Assembly: GCA_965240325.2 (NCBI GenBank)
Contig: OZ251223.1
Span: 248,001-312,000, forward strand
Length of the DNA stretch: 64,000 bases
Direction of reading: 5' to 3'
Source: Rebecca billardiae RCC1528
Lineage: Eukaryota; Protista; Haptophyta
Below are positions 42,755 to 52,601 of this stretch, in pieces. The notes beneath the pieces were generated by a model. That model saw only the letters and a program-made list of their open reading frames with translations, made no database searches and was not told where the DNA came from. A program made the translations under genes and the position numbers. Within the stretch, counting starts at the first letter, position 1; the number at the start of each line of letters is the position of its first letter.

Positions 42755-44823
42755 ATGTCGGGTCCCACGCCGAAGCGCGGGATGGAGTGCGACTCGCCGC
42801 CGACGCCGGAAAGCCGGCATGCGGCGAAGCGTGCTATGCTCTCCAACTCGCCCGCCACATCGTGGGAGACCGCAGGGCGCGCGCCAGGGCCCCTGTCGCC
42901 CGTGCGCGAGTGCGACGACAACTCGACTGAGCCCGAGCCCGAGACGACTGGGTGCGTGCGCGGCACCACGTCGGGGGTGCAGGGGCGAGGGCGTCCGCGT
43001 CCGCGGCATCGTGTCGGACGCCTATCCTGTGGCCAGCCCAGGGCGCACGCTGCGCCATCTGACGCGACACGCGCGCGCGCGGCGTGCGCACGCGGGCGCT
43101 CTGCTGTGTGCTCGCCGAGCAGGAGCCAAGGCATGATGCTCCCGTCCACGCCGACGCCCAAGCGGCCGGCCGGGCACGACAGAGACATGTTCTCTATCCG
43201 GCGGCACAAGTCGCCCGTGCCCTTCCCGGGCTCGATCTCCTTCGACGTGCGCGCGGCGACGGGCTGCACCGCGCGCGGCGGTTCCGCCCGCGCCGGCGCG
43301 TCGCTCATGCACGCCGGCGTGCGCGCGCCCATGCCTCGCGGTGCTGGCTCCACGCGCGCAGGGCCTGAATTGCAGCAGCCCGAGCCCGGCAAACCTCTCG
43401 CCGGCCTCCCCCGCGCGCAGGCCCCTGCAGCCGCACACCGCGTGCAACGTGAATCCCTTCAGCCCCCTCGCCTCTGCACCGGTGCGCGCGCGGCCCTGGC
43501 GGCGGAGGCGGTGGCCTTCGGGCTGAGCACGGGCCCGCCCGAGAACCTGGTTCCCGCCCCGCGTGCACGGAGCAGGCCTCGGCCGAGCCGCGACACTCAG
43601 CCCAGCCGCCCGCGCCTCGCGCGCGTCGCTCGCTCGCGTGCGCGCAGAGCGCGCGGCAGTCGTGCCAAATAACGTTCCCAGCCGAGTCGCTGAGTGGCAG
43701 CGGCTCGCGGTACGTGGACGACTTCGAGCAGCTGGGCAAGATCGGCGAGGGCTCGTTCGGCACCGTGTACAAGTGCCGCAAGCGCGTCGACGGCTGCATG
43801 TACGCCGTCAAGGTGACGCGCAAGCAGACGCGCTCCGACCAGCAGCGGCAGGAGATGCTGCGCGAGGTGTTCGCCCTCGCGACCGTCTCGCAGTCGGCGG
43901 GGCGCGAGTCGGCGCACATCGTGCGCTACTTCAACGCGTGGTGGGAGGACGGCCGGCTGTACATCCAGACCGAGCTGTGCCAGCAGTCCCTGCAGGACGT
44001 CGCCCACGAGGCGGCGGGGCCGCTCCCCTCCGAGCTGTGCGCGGCGGTGCTGCAGCAGATGCTGCTCGGCCTCTCGCTCATCCACTCGCACCAGATGTGC
44101 CACCTCGACGTCAAGGTGCGCGCGCCGCGGCCGGAGACGCGCGGGCACGCGGGCGGGCGCGCGCGCGCCGCGGCCGGAGACGCGCGGGCACGCGGGCGGG
44201 CGCGCGCGCGCGCAGAGCCCACGACGCGCCGCGCGCTCCCCGTGCCTGCCACGCCTCACGCACCCCCGGTGCCGCGCGCCGCGTCGCACCGCGCACCGCG
44301 CCGCACCACACCGCCGCAGCCCGCCAACGTGTTCGTCTCGAGCAAGGACGGCGTGACCACGTACAAGCTGGGCGACCTCGGCCTGGCGACGCTCAACAGC
44401 GACGCGCGCGACGTGATTGAGGGCGACTCCAAGTACCTGCCGCGCGAGCTGCTGCTCGAGGACTTCTCGCAGCTGCCGATGGCGGACATCTTCAGCCTCG
44501 GCGCGACGGTGCTCGAGCTCGCGCTCGGCCGTCCGCTGCCGGGCCACGGCGACGACTGGCAGGCGATCCGTGACGGCCAGCTGCCCCTGGACGAGTTGAC
44601 CTCGTGCACGGAGGAGCTCAAGGCGGTGATCCGCTGGATGATGCACCCGGAGGCCACGCAGCGGCCCACCGCCGCCGAGCTGCTCCGCCACCCGCTCTTT
44701 CGCTCGGAGGTGGAGACGCTGCTGCACCGCGAGCGCGCGCTCGCGTCCGGGCTGCAGAAGCAGCTCACCGAGGTGATGCAGGCGCGCGGCGGGTACAAGC
44801 TCAAGCGCACAGTCACGATGTGA
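42755..44823 (+). CDS. WEE1: Wee1-family kinase, multi-exon
   Basis: Wee-box-like NVNPFSP; SRYVDDFEQLGKIGEGSFGTVYK, YAVK, REVFALA, HIVRYF, LYIQTELC, HLDVK|PAN (intron 44116-44319), YKLGDLG, EGDSKYL, ADIFSLG. Upstream exon limits are approximate. Confidence 0.9.
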
Positions 44824-45577
44824 CGCGGCGCGCACTGCGCGGCACACTGCGCGGGCGAGGCGTCGTGGCCATGCGCGGCGAGCGCACGCAGAGACAGGGC
44901 TCAGGCGCTGCGCACGCAGATTCCACTTCCACTCAGTCACTTCCAGCGCGAAGCTGAAGCTCCACGCACGTTGCGCTACTCGTTGCACGCCCTCAGGCCG
45001 CTCACGGTCGCACGAGCTGGCAGCTGCGATCGTCTGCATTGTCATTTGGTCCGAACCCGGGCGGCCCGCAGGCCACAGTCTCAGCAAAAGGCAAAAGTAA
45101 GCTGTGCTACGCAGCACTTCGTAAGCGACGTTACATTCGTAGTTACAAGCTGAGGCGCGCAGCATCATCAATCAATCATGACATTCATGACTCATGTCGC
45201 GTCGACCGCGGCGTCGCGGACGCTGACGAGTGACGACGGGTCATGACGCGGACCGGGACGCCTGACGGCGTCGACGACTTCCCGGATCCGTATATAAGTA
45301 TTCACCGCGCAACGCTGATGACAGTAATGACGAGTAGTCGTCATCAGTAGTGGTAACTCGTGTGACGCCGGCGCAGTGCAGATGAGTGCTGACTGTGCTG
45401 AGCCTACGGCTACTGAGTAGTGAGTACCGCTGCTAGCTAGTCCGACGCTCACGACAACTAATTATAATAAATTATTATAGTAGTAAGTTGCTGACTAAAC
45501 TACTATTACGACTATTAGCAGCAGCTATATTAATTACGACTGCTAACATCAGTCAGTCTTAGTACGTATAGCATTAT

Positions 45578-45638
45578 TAGCAGCGCAGCGAACCGGCGCG
45601 CATCATCAATCAGACTCACACTAACTAGCTTAGATACT

Positions 45639-45681
<43 letters not shown>

Positions 45682-46230
45682 CTAGTTAGTTAGCAGCATC
45701 AGTAGCTAGTACCGTCGGTAACTCGGGCGTCAGACCGCAGACGTCAGTACTAACGGTACGGACTACGGTACGGCCGTCGGCCGGACCGAACGCGAAGCCG
45801 CGCGCGCCCCGAGCAGTCAGCCGCTGTCAGGCCACAATCCCGTGCATGCACTCAGTGTCAGGGCGAGTGCCCGACAGCACTGCCACTGTGGCACTGCCGC
45901 ACTGACCCGTGACCGCCCGGCCCCGGGGGCTCGCCCATAATCAGTCCGATATGCTGATGAGCGAACTAGTCATCGTCTTAAATAGCAGCGTCGCAGCGAA
46001 CTGCGCGGCGCCGGCCGCGCCGGGCGCGCATCATCAGACTCACTAGCACGGTTCACAGGTAGGCGGCAGCATCAGCCACCGTCACACGGTACGGTAGCCG
46101 GGCGGACGAGTGCCCGAGCAGTCAGCCTGTCAGGCCACTCTGCACTCAGTGTCAGGGCGAGTGCCCGACAGCACTGCCACTGTGGCACTGACCGCCCGGC
46201 CCCGGGGGCTCGCCCAATCAGTCCGATGAT
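45578..46230. repeat. Imperfect local tandem duplication (~45578-45955 and ~45982-46230); the first copy contains a (TA)n tract
   Basis: Shared blocks GCGCGCATCATCA..GACTCAC, CCCGAGCAGTCAGCC, TGCACTCAGTGTCAGGGCGAGTGCCCGACAGCACTGCCACTGTGGCACTG, GACCGCCCGGCCCCGGGGGCTCGCCCA. Confidence 0.85.
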
Positions 46231-46252
46231 CACCGAGTGACGGACGTGCGCG

Positions 46253-49200
46253 TCACCGCGGCAGCTGCGCAGCAGCATGCAGCTGGAGCAGGAGCCCCTC
46301 GCCAAGGCCGCTCCCGCGCGGCTCGAGCTCGACCAGCACTTCGCCGCCGCTCGCAGCCCACTCGCCCGCGCGCTGGAAGCCGGCCACCGGCGGCGCGACC
46401 AGCGTGGCGCCCGCGGCGTCGAGGCCGAGCGCCGCCCAGTCGAGCGAGAGGCGCACGCGCGCGCGCGAGAACGCCCAGTTGGCGACGGCGACGGCCATCG
46501 GCAGCGGGGCCGGCGGCGCAGCTGGGCCGGCGCGCGCGGCGGTGGCGTTGAGCGCCGCGCGCCCACCCAGCCGCGGCCTCGTCCGCGCCCAGCTCTCGGC
46601 GACGTACAGCGTCGCCGCGGCCTCGCCCTCGCGGCGCGCGCCAGCGCGCTCGGCTGTCGCCCGCACGAGCGGCTCGCGCTCCCACTCGCCGCGCAGCTGC
46701 GCGCTGCCCAGCCCCATGGCGTCGAGCGCGCGCCAGAGCGGCCGCGGCTCGCAGCGCTGCGGCTCCGGGTAGATCCGGCAGGTCATGCCGAACACCAGCC
46801 CGCGCCACTGCGCCGAGTTGTCGCCGAGCATCTCGGCCTGCACGCCAAACGGCACGCCGGACACCTCCGCCAACCAGCCGTCCGGCTCGAGCGCGGCGTA
46901 CTCGCACTGCTCGCCGAACCAGATCGAGTCGAGGTGCGGGAAGAGCTCCATGTACGGCAGGTGCGGGTTCGCCGCGCACGACGCGTGCAGGTCGAGCGTG
47001 AACGAGCCCGGCTCGGGCCGCAGCCGCTCGACCACGCGCCGCAGCCGCAGCAGCACGCGCCGGTCGTAGGCCACGCCGTCCAAGTAGATGCCGTCGATGC
47101 CGACGTCGCGGATGAGCGCAGCGATGCCCTCGACCCAGAAGGAGTCGAGCCGGCCGCTGAACGCCGAGGTGGAGACCGCCGAGTCCATGCTCCCGTCGCT
47201 CAGCCGCTCGTGCCACGCGGCGTTGTACCGCGCGCGCACGTGCTCGGCCAGCCACGGGTGGCCGCCGCGCGCGCCGGGCAAGATCGCCTCGCCGCCGAGC
47301 GCGCGCAGCGCCCACAGCTCGGGCGCGGCGGTGGAGAGCTCGCGGTCCGTGTAGTAGAGCTTCACCTTCAGCCCGGCGGCGTGCGCCTCGTCCACGTACG
47401 CCTTGAGCACCTCGGTACCCAGAAACGGGTAATTGATATACGGGTTGAGCTCGTGCCCCTGGTGGATAATCACGACCGCGCCCGGCTGGTGCGCGGCCGC
47501 GCGCCGCACCGAGACAAAGCGCTGCATGTGGAAGTGGCGCGGCCGGATCGGCGCGATGGGCGGCGGCGTGCGCGCGGGCGTGAAGAGCAGGCGCATCGGG
47601 AAGCGGAGCTCGCCCGCCGCGCCGCGCGTCAGCTCGAGCTCGCCGGTCGTCACCGTCACCACAACAATCGGCAGCAGCTCGTCCGGGCCGCGCGCCGCTC
47701 GCGCGGCGGCGCCACCGCGCGCCGCGCCCGCGCTGCCCACGGCGGCTGCGTCGGCGCCGCGGCGGTGCGCGCGCGCCGGGAGCCGCCGCACGCGCACGCT
47801 CGAGCCGCGGTCGCCATTGCGCCAGCTCGAGGCGCAGAGCGCGGCCACGTACTGCCGCTCGTTCGCCTGCGCGCACGCCGCCTCCGCCTCCGCCTCCGCC
47901 TCCGCCTCCGCCTCCGCCGCCTCGTCCTCGTCCTCGTCGGCGGCAGCAGCAGCAGCACCCTCCTCGGAGCCCGCGGCCGAGCTCGGGGGTTGAGCCCGCT
48001 CGGCGCGGCGCGCGCCCCGCTCGCACGGCCTCTCAAGGTCGATGCCGCCCAGCCCGGCGGCGTCGAATCCGCGCGCGGGCGAGAGAGAGAGTTGCAGCCC
48101 CGCGCTCGCTGAGCCGAGCCACAGCCGGCCGTTCAGCCCGGAAGGGCCGTGCGCCATCGGCGTCTCCCACGTCCACACCCACGCGGCGCCGCCGTCCTCG
48201 CCGCCGTCGCCGCCATCCTCGCCATCGCCGTCGACGCCGGCAGCGCCGCCGCCGCCACGCCCGTCGGCCCTGGCTGGGTGCGACCAGTCTGATGGCAGGG
48301 TGGGCGAGCCGAAGGCGTTCACGTCCGCGTCGGCGGCGCGTCTGCCACGGCTGCCGCCGCGTGCCGCGCCGAGCACGCGCTCGATGCTGCCCCCGGCCCG
48401 GCCGAGGCCCATCGCGTACCGAGCGACATCGCCGCGCACAGGCAGCTCCAGAGTCAGGCTGCCCACGCGCACGGGCGCCCGAGCGCCTGCGGCGGTGGCG
48501 CCGTGCGCGTCGGCGCGGCCCGACGAGCCGAGCGGCGCGCTCCGCTCTCGCAAGCGCAGCGCGAGCTCGAGCTGCACCACGCCGTCGAACTCGAGCGAGC
48601 CCCACAGCTCGGCGTCGAGCACCTCCGCCTCCTCCTCAGCCTCCACCTCGGGGGAGGCGGTGGCGGTGGCGGTGGCGGTGGCGGAGGCGGAGGCGGAGGC
48701 GGAGGCGGAGGCGGAGGCGGATGGGTGTGGTGGCTGCGCGGCGTCGGGCGTGCCGCTGGACGCCGAGCGGTGCCGCTGCACCGGCCGCCGCAGCTCGGCC
48801 GCCGCCGACCACCGTAGCCTCGCGTCCGTGTGCTCATCCCAAGGGCCGGCCGTGCCGCCGGCTGCATCGCCGGCCGTACCACCATGCGACGTCGGGTCAG
48901 CTCCGGCAGCCTCGCGCGCGGCGGGCGCGCGCGGGCCGCGCACAGGGCGCACGCTCCAGCCGGGCTCCGGCGCCGCAGGCTCGGCCGCACCGGGCGGGCG
49001 TTGCGCCCGCGCGCCCTCGGCCGCGCGCCCCAGCGTGAGCCGGATCGGCCCCGCGAGCAGCGGCTCTGCGCCGACGCTCAGGGCCGCGGGCATGCTGAGC
49101 GCGGCGGCGAGATCGACCGCGCCGGCCGCGGGCGGCGCCGACGCCGCGCCGGCCGTGTCGGCCGGACTGCCGCCCTCCGGGCTGAGGAGCGTGACCCGCT

Positions 49201-50917
49201 TGTCCCCAGCGCTCAGGACGAGCCGAGGCGCGCCGCCGCGCGCCGCATCGCGCCCACTGCCCGCCGCCCCGGACTCAGCCACATGCCACCGGACTTTCTC
49301 GAAGCCGTGCGTGAGTGACGTCTCCTCGCCCAGTCGCGAGTCCAGCCAGCGCAGCCGCGCGAGCCGCTGCGGGTCGCTCTCGCCGCGGTCGGCGCGTGGC
49401 GGCTCGTCGGAGATGGTGAGCGAGAGCGTGGCCGCCTCCGCCCACCGCGTCCCACCCGCGCCGCCGCCGCCCGCACCGCGCTGGGCGCTCACTCTCATCC
49501 GAGCCTCATAGACGCCTGCAGGAAGCGGCAGGGCGTGTGCTGCGCCTGTGGCGCGAGTGCTGCCCACGGGCGGCGTGGGCTCGCGCGCGGCCGCGGCGGG
49601 CGACGAGGCCCCGTCCGCTGCCGCCGCCGCCCCCCCCGCCGACAGCAGGGACGTGGGCAGATCAAGCCCAATCCACAGCGGCGCCACCGCGCCCGGCCGC
49701 AGCGTCCGAAAGATGCTCCGAGCGACGCCGGCGCGCGCGGCGACGCGCGCGGCGGCGCGCGCGCCGGGCTCATCAAGCGCCTCGGCGTGCGCGCCGTGGC
49801 GGTTGATCAGGCTGAACGCCTCGGCGGGCACGTTCGCGCCGCCGAGCGCCACGTCGGCGCCCGCGCGCGCGCCGTCCTCCGCGCGCGCGCCTCCGCCGCC
49901 GGCAGCGCCACCCGCCGGCCGCTGCACCAGCCGCAGAGTCGAGAACTCGATCGTCAGATTCAAGAGCGTGCGCGCGCCGCCGAGCACGCCGAGCTGGAAG
50001 ACGACGTAGTCGCCGCGCCGCGCGTCGAGCGCGAGCGCGGTAGCGTTCCTCGCCCGCGCGCCCTCGCCCGCGCCGGTGCCCGCGCCCGGACTCGCGCCCG
50101 CGCCCGGACTCGCGCCCGCGCTCGGACTCGCGCCCGCGCTCGGACTCGCGCCCGCGCCGGCGCCCGTCACCCAGTGTAGCGGCGGCGCATCGAACATGCG
50201 GATGGGGCGCGCGGCCGGCTCGGCGAAGAGCGCAAAGGGCGGCCCGCCGAGCGCGTCGAAGAGCGCGCGCACCTCCTCCGCCGTCGCGCGCACCTCCATC
50301 GGGAAGAAGGCGTCGCGCTCCGTGCGGGCCTCAAATTTCAGCATGGCCGCCGGCTGCACGCGCGGGCCCAGCGCGCCCAGCGCCCAGCCGCGCGCGCGCG
50401 CGGCGAGGCGCCAGGCGGCGCGCTCGCCACCGCGCGTGGTGTTCGGCGCGAGGTACGGCCACGCCCAGCGCGGCGGCCTCGGCCGCGTGCGCTCGAGCGT
50501 GTGCGCCGCGTGGCACGCCGAGGCCGGCCCGGTAGTCTCGCACCCGGAAGGATCGAACGGCATGTAGTACACAAAGTGCTCGCCCGCGCGGGCGGGCTCG
50601 ATGAGCAGGACGCCTCGGTCGTCGTCGACGTGAAGCTTGTGCACGTGCTTCACCTCCACGCCCCGCGCGTCGCGCACGACCACGCGGTTCTCAGCGACGC
50701 GGCTGCCGAGGGGGAGCCGCCACGGAAGGGTCGCGACGACGGCACCGCCGACCGCCGACCGCGGCACGTCGATGCGCGCGCGGTGGCTGCCGTCATCGCG
50801 GCCGCGCCACCAGCTCACGCTGTACGGCACCGCCGCGGGCGTGCCTCCGGGGACGAGGAGGGCGCCGAACAGCAGCCACCGCAGCGGCCGCTCGCCATGT
50901 TGATCGTCGGCCAGCAT
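46253..50917 (-). CDS. DUF6067-like putative glycoside hydrolase (1554 aa) with low-complexity insertions
   Basis: Blocks recognised as bacterial DUF6067-like: GSHRA, PWR, YYMPF, FFPMEV, RLRWLDS, MGLG, INYPF, KLYYTDRELS, GIDGIYLDGVAYDR, DSIWFGE, EVSGVPFG, WRGLVFGMT. Hydrophobic N-terminus. Family assigned from memory. Confidence 0.72.
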   Translation of the reverse strand: MLADDQHGERPLRWLLFGALLVPGGTPAAVPYSVSWWRGRDDGSHRARIDVPRSAVGGAVVATLPWRLPLGSRVAENRVVVRDARGVEVKHVHKLHVDDDRGVLLIEPARAGEHFVYYMPFDPSGCETTGPASACHAAHTLERTRPRPPRWAWPYLAPNTTRGGERAAWRLAARARGWALGALGPRVQPAAMLKFEARTERDAFFPMEVRATAEEVRALFDALGGPPFALFAEPAARPIRMFDAPPLHWVTGAGAGASPSAGASPSAGASPGAGASPGAGTGAGEGARARNATALALDARRGDYVVFQLGVLGGARTLLNLTIEFSTLRLVQRPAGGAAGGGGARAEDGARAGADVALGGANVPAEAFSLINRHGAHAEALDEPGARAAARVAARAGVARSIFRTLRPGAVAPLWIGLDLPTSLLSAGGAAAAADGASSPAAAAREPTPPVGSTRATGAAHALPLPAGVYEARMRVSAQRGAGGGGAGGTRWAEAATLSLTISDEPPRADRGESDPQRLARLRWLDSRLGEETSLTHGFEKVRWHVAESGAAGSGRDAARGGAPRLVLSAGDKRVTLLSPEGGSPADTAGAASAPPAAGAVDLAAALSMPAALSVGAEPLLAGPIRLTLGRAAEGARAQRPPGAAEPAAPEPGWSVRPVRGPRAPAAREAAGADPTSHGGTAGDAAGGTAGPWDEHTDARLRWSAAAELRRPVQRHRSASSGTPDAAQPPHPSASASASASASASATATATATASPEVEAEEEAEVLDAELWGSLEFDGVVQLELALRLRERSAPLGSSGRADAHGATAAGARAPVRVGSLTLELPVRGDVARYAMGLGRAGGSIERVLGAARGGSRGRRAADADVNAFGSPTLPSDWSHPARADGRGGGGAAGVDGDGEDGGDGGEDGGAAWVWTWETPMAHGPSGLNGRLWLGSASAGLQLSLSPARGFDAAGLGGIDLERPCERGARRAERAQPPSSAAGSEEGAAAAAADEDEDEAAEAEAEAEAEAEAACAQANERQYVAALCASSWRNGDRGSSVRVRRLPARAHRRGADAAAVGSAGAARGGAAARAARGPDELLPIVVVTVTTGELELTRGAAGELRFPMRLLFTPARTPPPIAPIRPRHFHMQRFVSVRRAAAHQPGAVVIIHQGHELNPYINYPFLGTEVLKAYVDEAHAAGLKVKLYYTDRELSTAAPELWALRALGGEAILPGARGGHPWLAEHVRARYNAAWHERLSDGSMDSAVSTSAFSGRLDSFWVEGIAALIRDVGIDGIYLDGVAYDRRVLLRLRRVVERLRPEPGSFTLDLHASCAANPHLPYMELFPHLDSIWFGEQCEYAALEPDGWLAEVSGVPFGVQAEMLGDNSAQWRGLVFGMTCRIYPEPQRCEPRPLWRALDAMGLGSAQLRGEWEREPLVRATAERAGARREGEAAATLYVAESWARTRPRLGGRAALNATAARAGPAAPPAPLPMAVAVANWAFSRARVRLSLDWAALGLDAAGATLVAPPVAGFQRAGEWAASGGEVLVELEPRGSGLGEGLLLQLHAAAQLPR

Positions 50918-51124
50918 GATGCATAATATGCCGTTTTTCCGGAGCCCTTGACCGGACTTTCAGGCTGGGCGGGCGGCGCACGCTGACAACAACAACGCTG
51001 TCGCTGGCCGGCGCCGCCGAGGCCGAGCCCACCGACGCCGCCGTGATCGTCGTCAGACTGATGGGCAATGCTGATGCAAGCAGACAGCAACAGCAGCGTC
51101 ATCTGAGGCACAGACGCACAGTCG

Positions 51125-52438
51125 CTACGAGGCCCCCGAGCGCTGGACCCGCGTCCACACAGGCTGCATAACGCTCGTCGGCCGCACCTCCAGCCGCGGC
51201 AGGCTTCCGAGCTGCACGTTGCCATCGCACTTCACCGGGTGGAAGACCTCTATAATCGAATGGTTCGTCGAGGGACGGGAGCGTGCGCGGGCGCACCGTC
51301 GGAGCCGGTCAAAGGGGTGCTGCGCCTCTCGGCGCACGGCACGCAGCGCCGTGATGTCCTTGTCCGTGAGGAACGTGGGCACGCCAAACACGCCCTGCAC
51401 GCGCGCCGAGCCCTCCGCCCCTTTCAGGGAGACGACGCGACATGCGGGCGCGAGCGCAGGTGGCGCGGCCGCGCTGCCGTGACCGCTGTTGGCGAAAACG
51501 TCCGACCGCGGCGCGGTCATCGAGAGGCACGCCTCCGGCGTGAAGATCTCGTGGTGCGCGGAGATGTTCTGGCGCAGCAGCGCGTCCACGTGCAGCAGCA
51601 GCCCGCGCGTCAGCCCGGCGACCCCCAGCGTGCACTGCACGTGCTGCGCCCACTCTGACAGGCCGGCACAGTACGAGCACAGCTCGGGCCGCGCCCACGA
51701 CTTGGCGTGGTGCACCTTGCAGCGGATGGAAACGAGCTGCTCGCGAGGTCTCCAGCTCGGGTCGAGGCGGTCGGACTCACGCACGGCCGTAGTCGCCCAC
51801 GCCGTGCCCGGCAGCGCGGGCCGCCCCGTCAGATGGACCGGCGTGCCAGCCGTCCGCCTAGGCGTGCGGATTCGCGCGTGCCAGATGAGAGGCCCGATGC
51901 CGCACGGGATGATCACGTCGTCCTCGACGTACCAGAACATTTCGAACGCCTGCTTCGCGCCCCACGCAATGCGTGCCACCTGCGCGAACCCCGAGGTATA
52001 CGGTGAGAAGCTGACGAGCGCCGAGTCCGGGTATCCCGCGCGCAGCAGCCGCAGACCGTCCACTTTCGCCGAGTAGCCCACGACAGTGGCAGTGCTGCTG
52101 CGCGGCTCGAGCATGCGGCGGACGGTGCTGGCGTAGGGCGTGCTTTGGTCCGTCCGATCGTACAGGACCACCACCTGACACATCTGCGGCGCCGTCTGCA
52201 CCGTGAAAAAGACCCGCCGTTGGTCGCACGCCGTCCACGACCGTTGCGTCACGACAATGGCGCAGCTTCGCGCGGTGTGCACGCGCTCGTGAAGGCGGTA
52301 GACGCGGCGCTGCAGATGCACACCGGCGGGAGCGGTGGGGCCGGCGGCCTGGACGAGGACGAGCAGGGCAGGCCCCGCTGCCAGCATCCATCTGCGCTGA
52401 CTCCCACGACGCCTGAGCGGCAGCAGCGCCGCCGCCAT
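51125..52438 (-). CDS. Hypothetical membrane-anchored protein, possibly GT-A glycosyltransferase-like
   Basis: N-terminal hydrophobic stretch, FWYVEDDV (DxD-like), HHEIF, C-terminal FHPVK. Confidence 0.55.
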   Translation of the reverse strand: MAAALLPLRRRGSQRRWMLAAGPALLVLVQAAGPTAPAGVHLQRRVYRLHERVHTARSCAIVVTQRSWTACDQRRVFFTVQTAPQMCQVVVLYDRTDQSTPYASTVRRMLEPRSSTATVVGYSAKVDGLRLLRAGYPDSALVSFSPYTSGFAQVARIAWGAKQAFEMFWYVEDDVIIPCGIGPLIWHARIRTPRRTAGTPVHLTGRPALPGTAWATTAVRESDRLDPSWRPREQLVSIRCKVHHAKSWARPELCSYCAGLSEWAQHVQCTLGVAGLTRGLLLHVDALLRQNISAHHEIFTPEACLSMTAPRSDVFANSGHGSAAAPPALAPACRVVSLKGAEGSARVQGVFGVPTFLTDKDITALRAVRREAQHPFDRLRRCARARSRPSTNHSIIEVFHPVKCDGNVQLGSLPRLEVRPTSVMQPVWTRVQRSGAS

Positions 52439-52601
52439 TGCTGATGCTGTCGCGCCGGCCCAGCGCTCACGGACCTCCCGGACCTCCCCGGGTCTCGGAC
52501 GCACTACGGAGCGTGTTGAGGACGTCCGTTGGCCCAGGTTTGGTCATCCAGCTAAGCTGCGACTCAGGAGGGACGACGCAGCGGCGGGCGCACCTCGAGC
52601 G

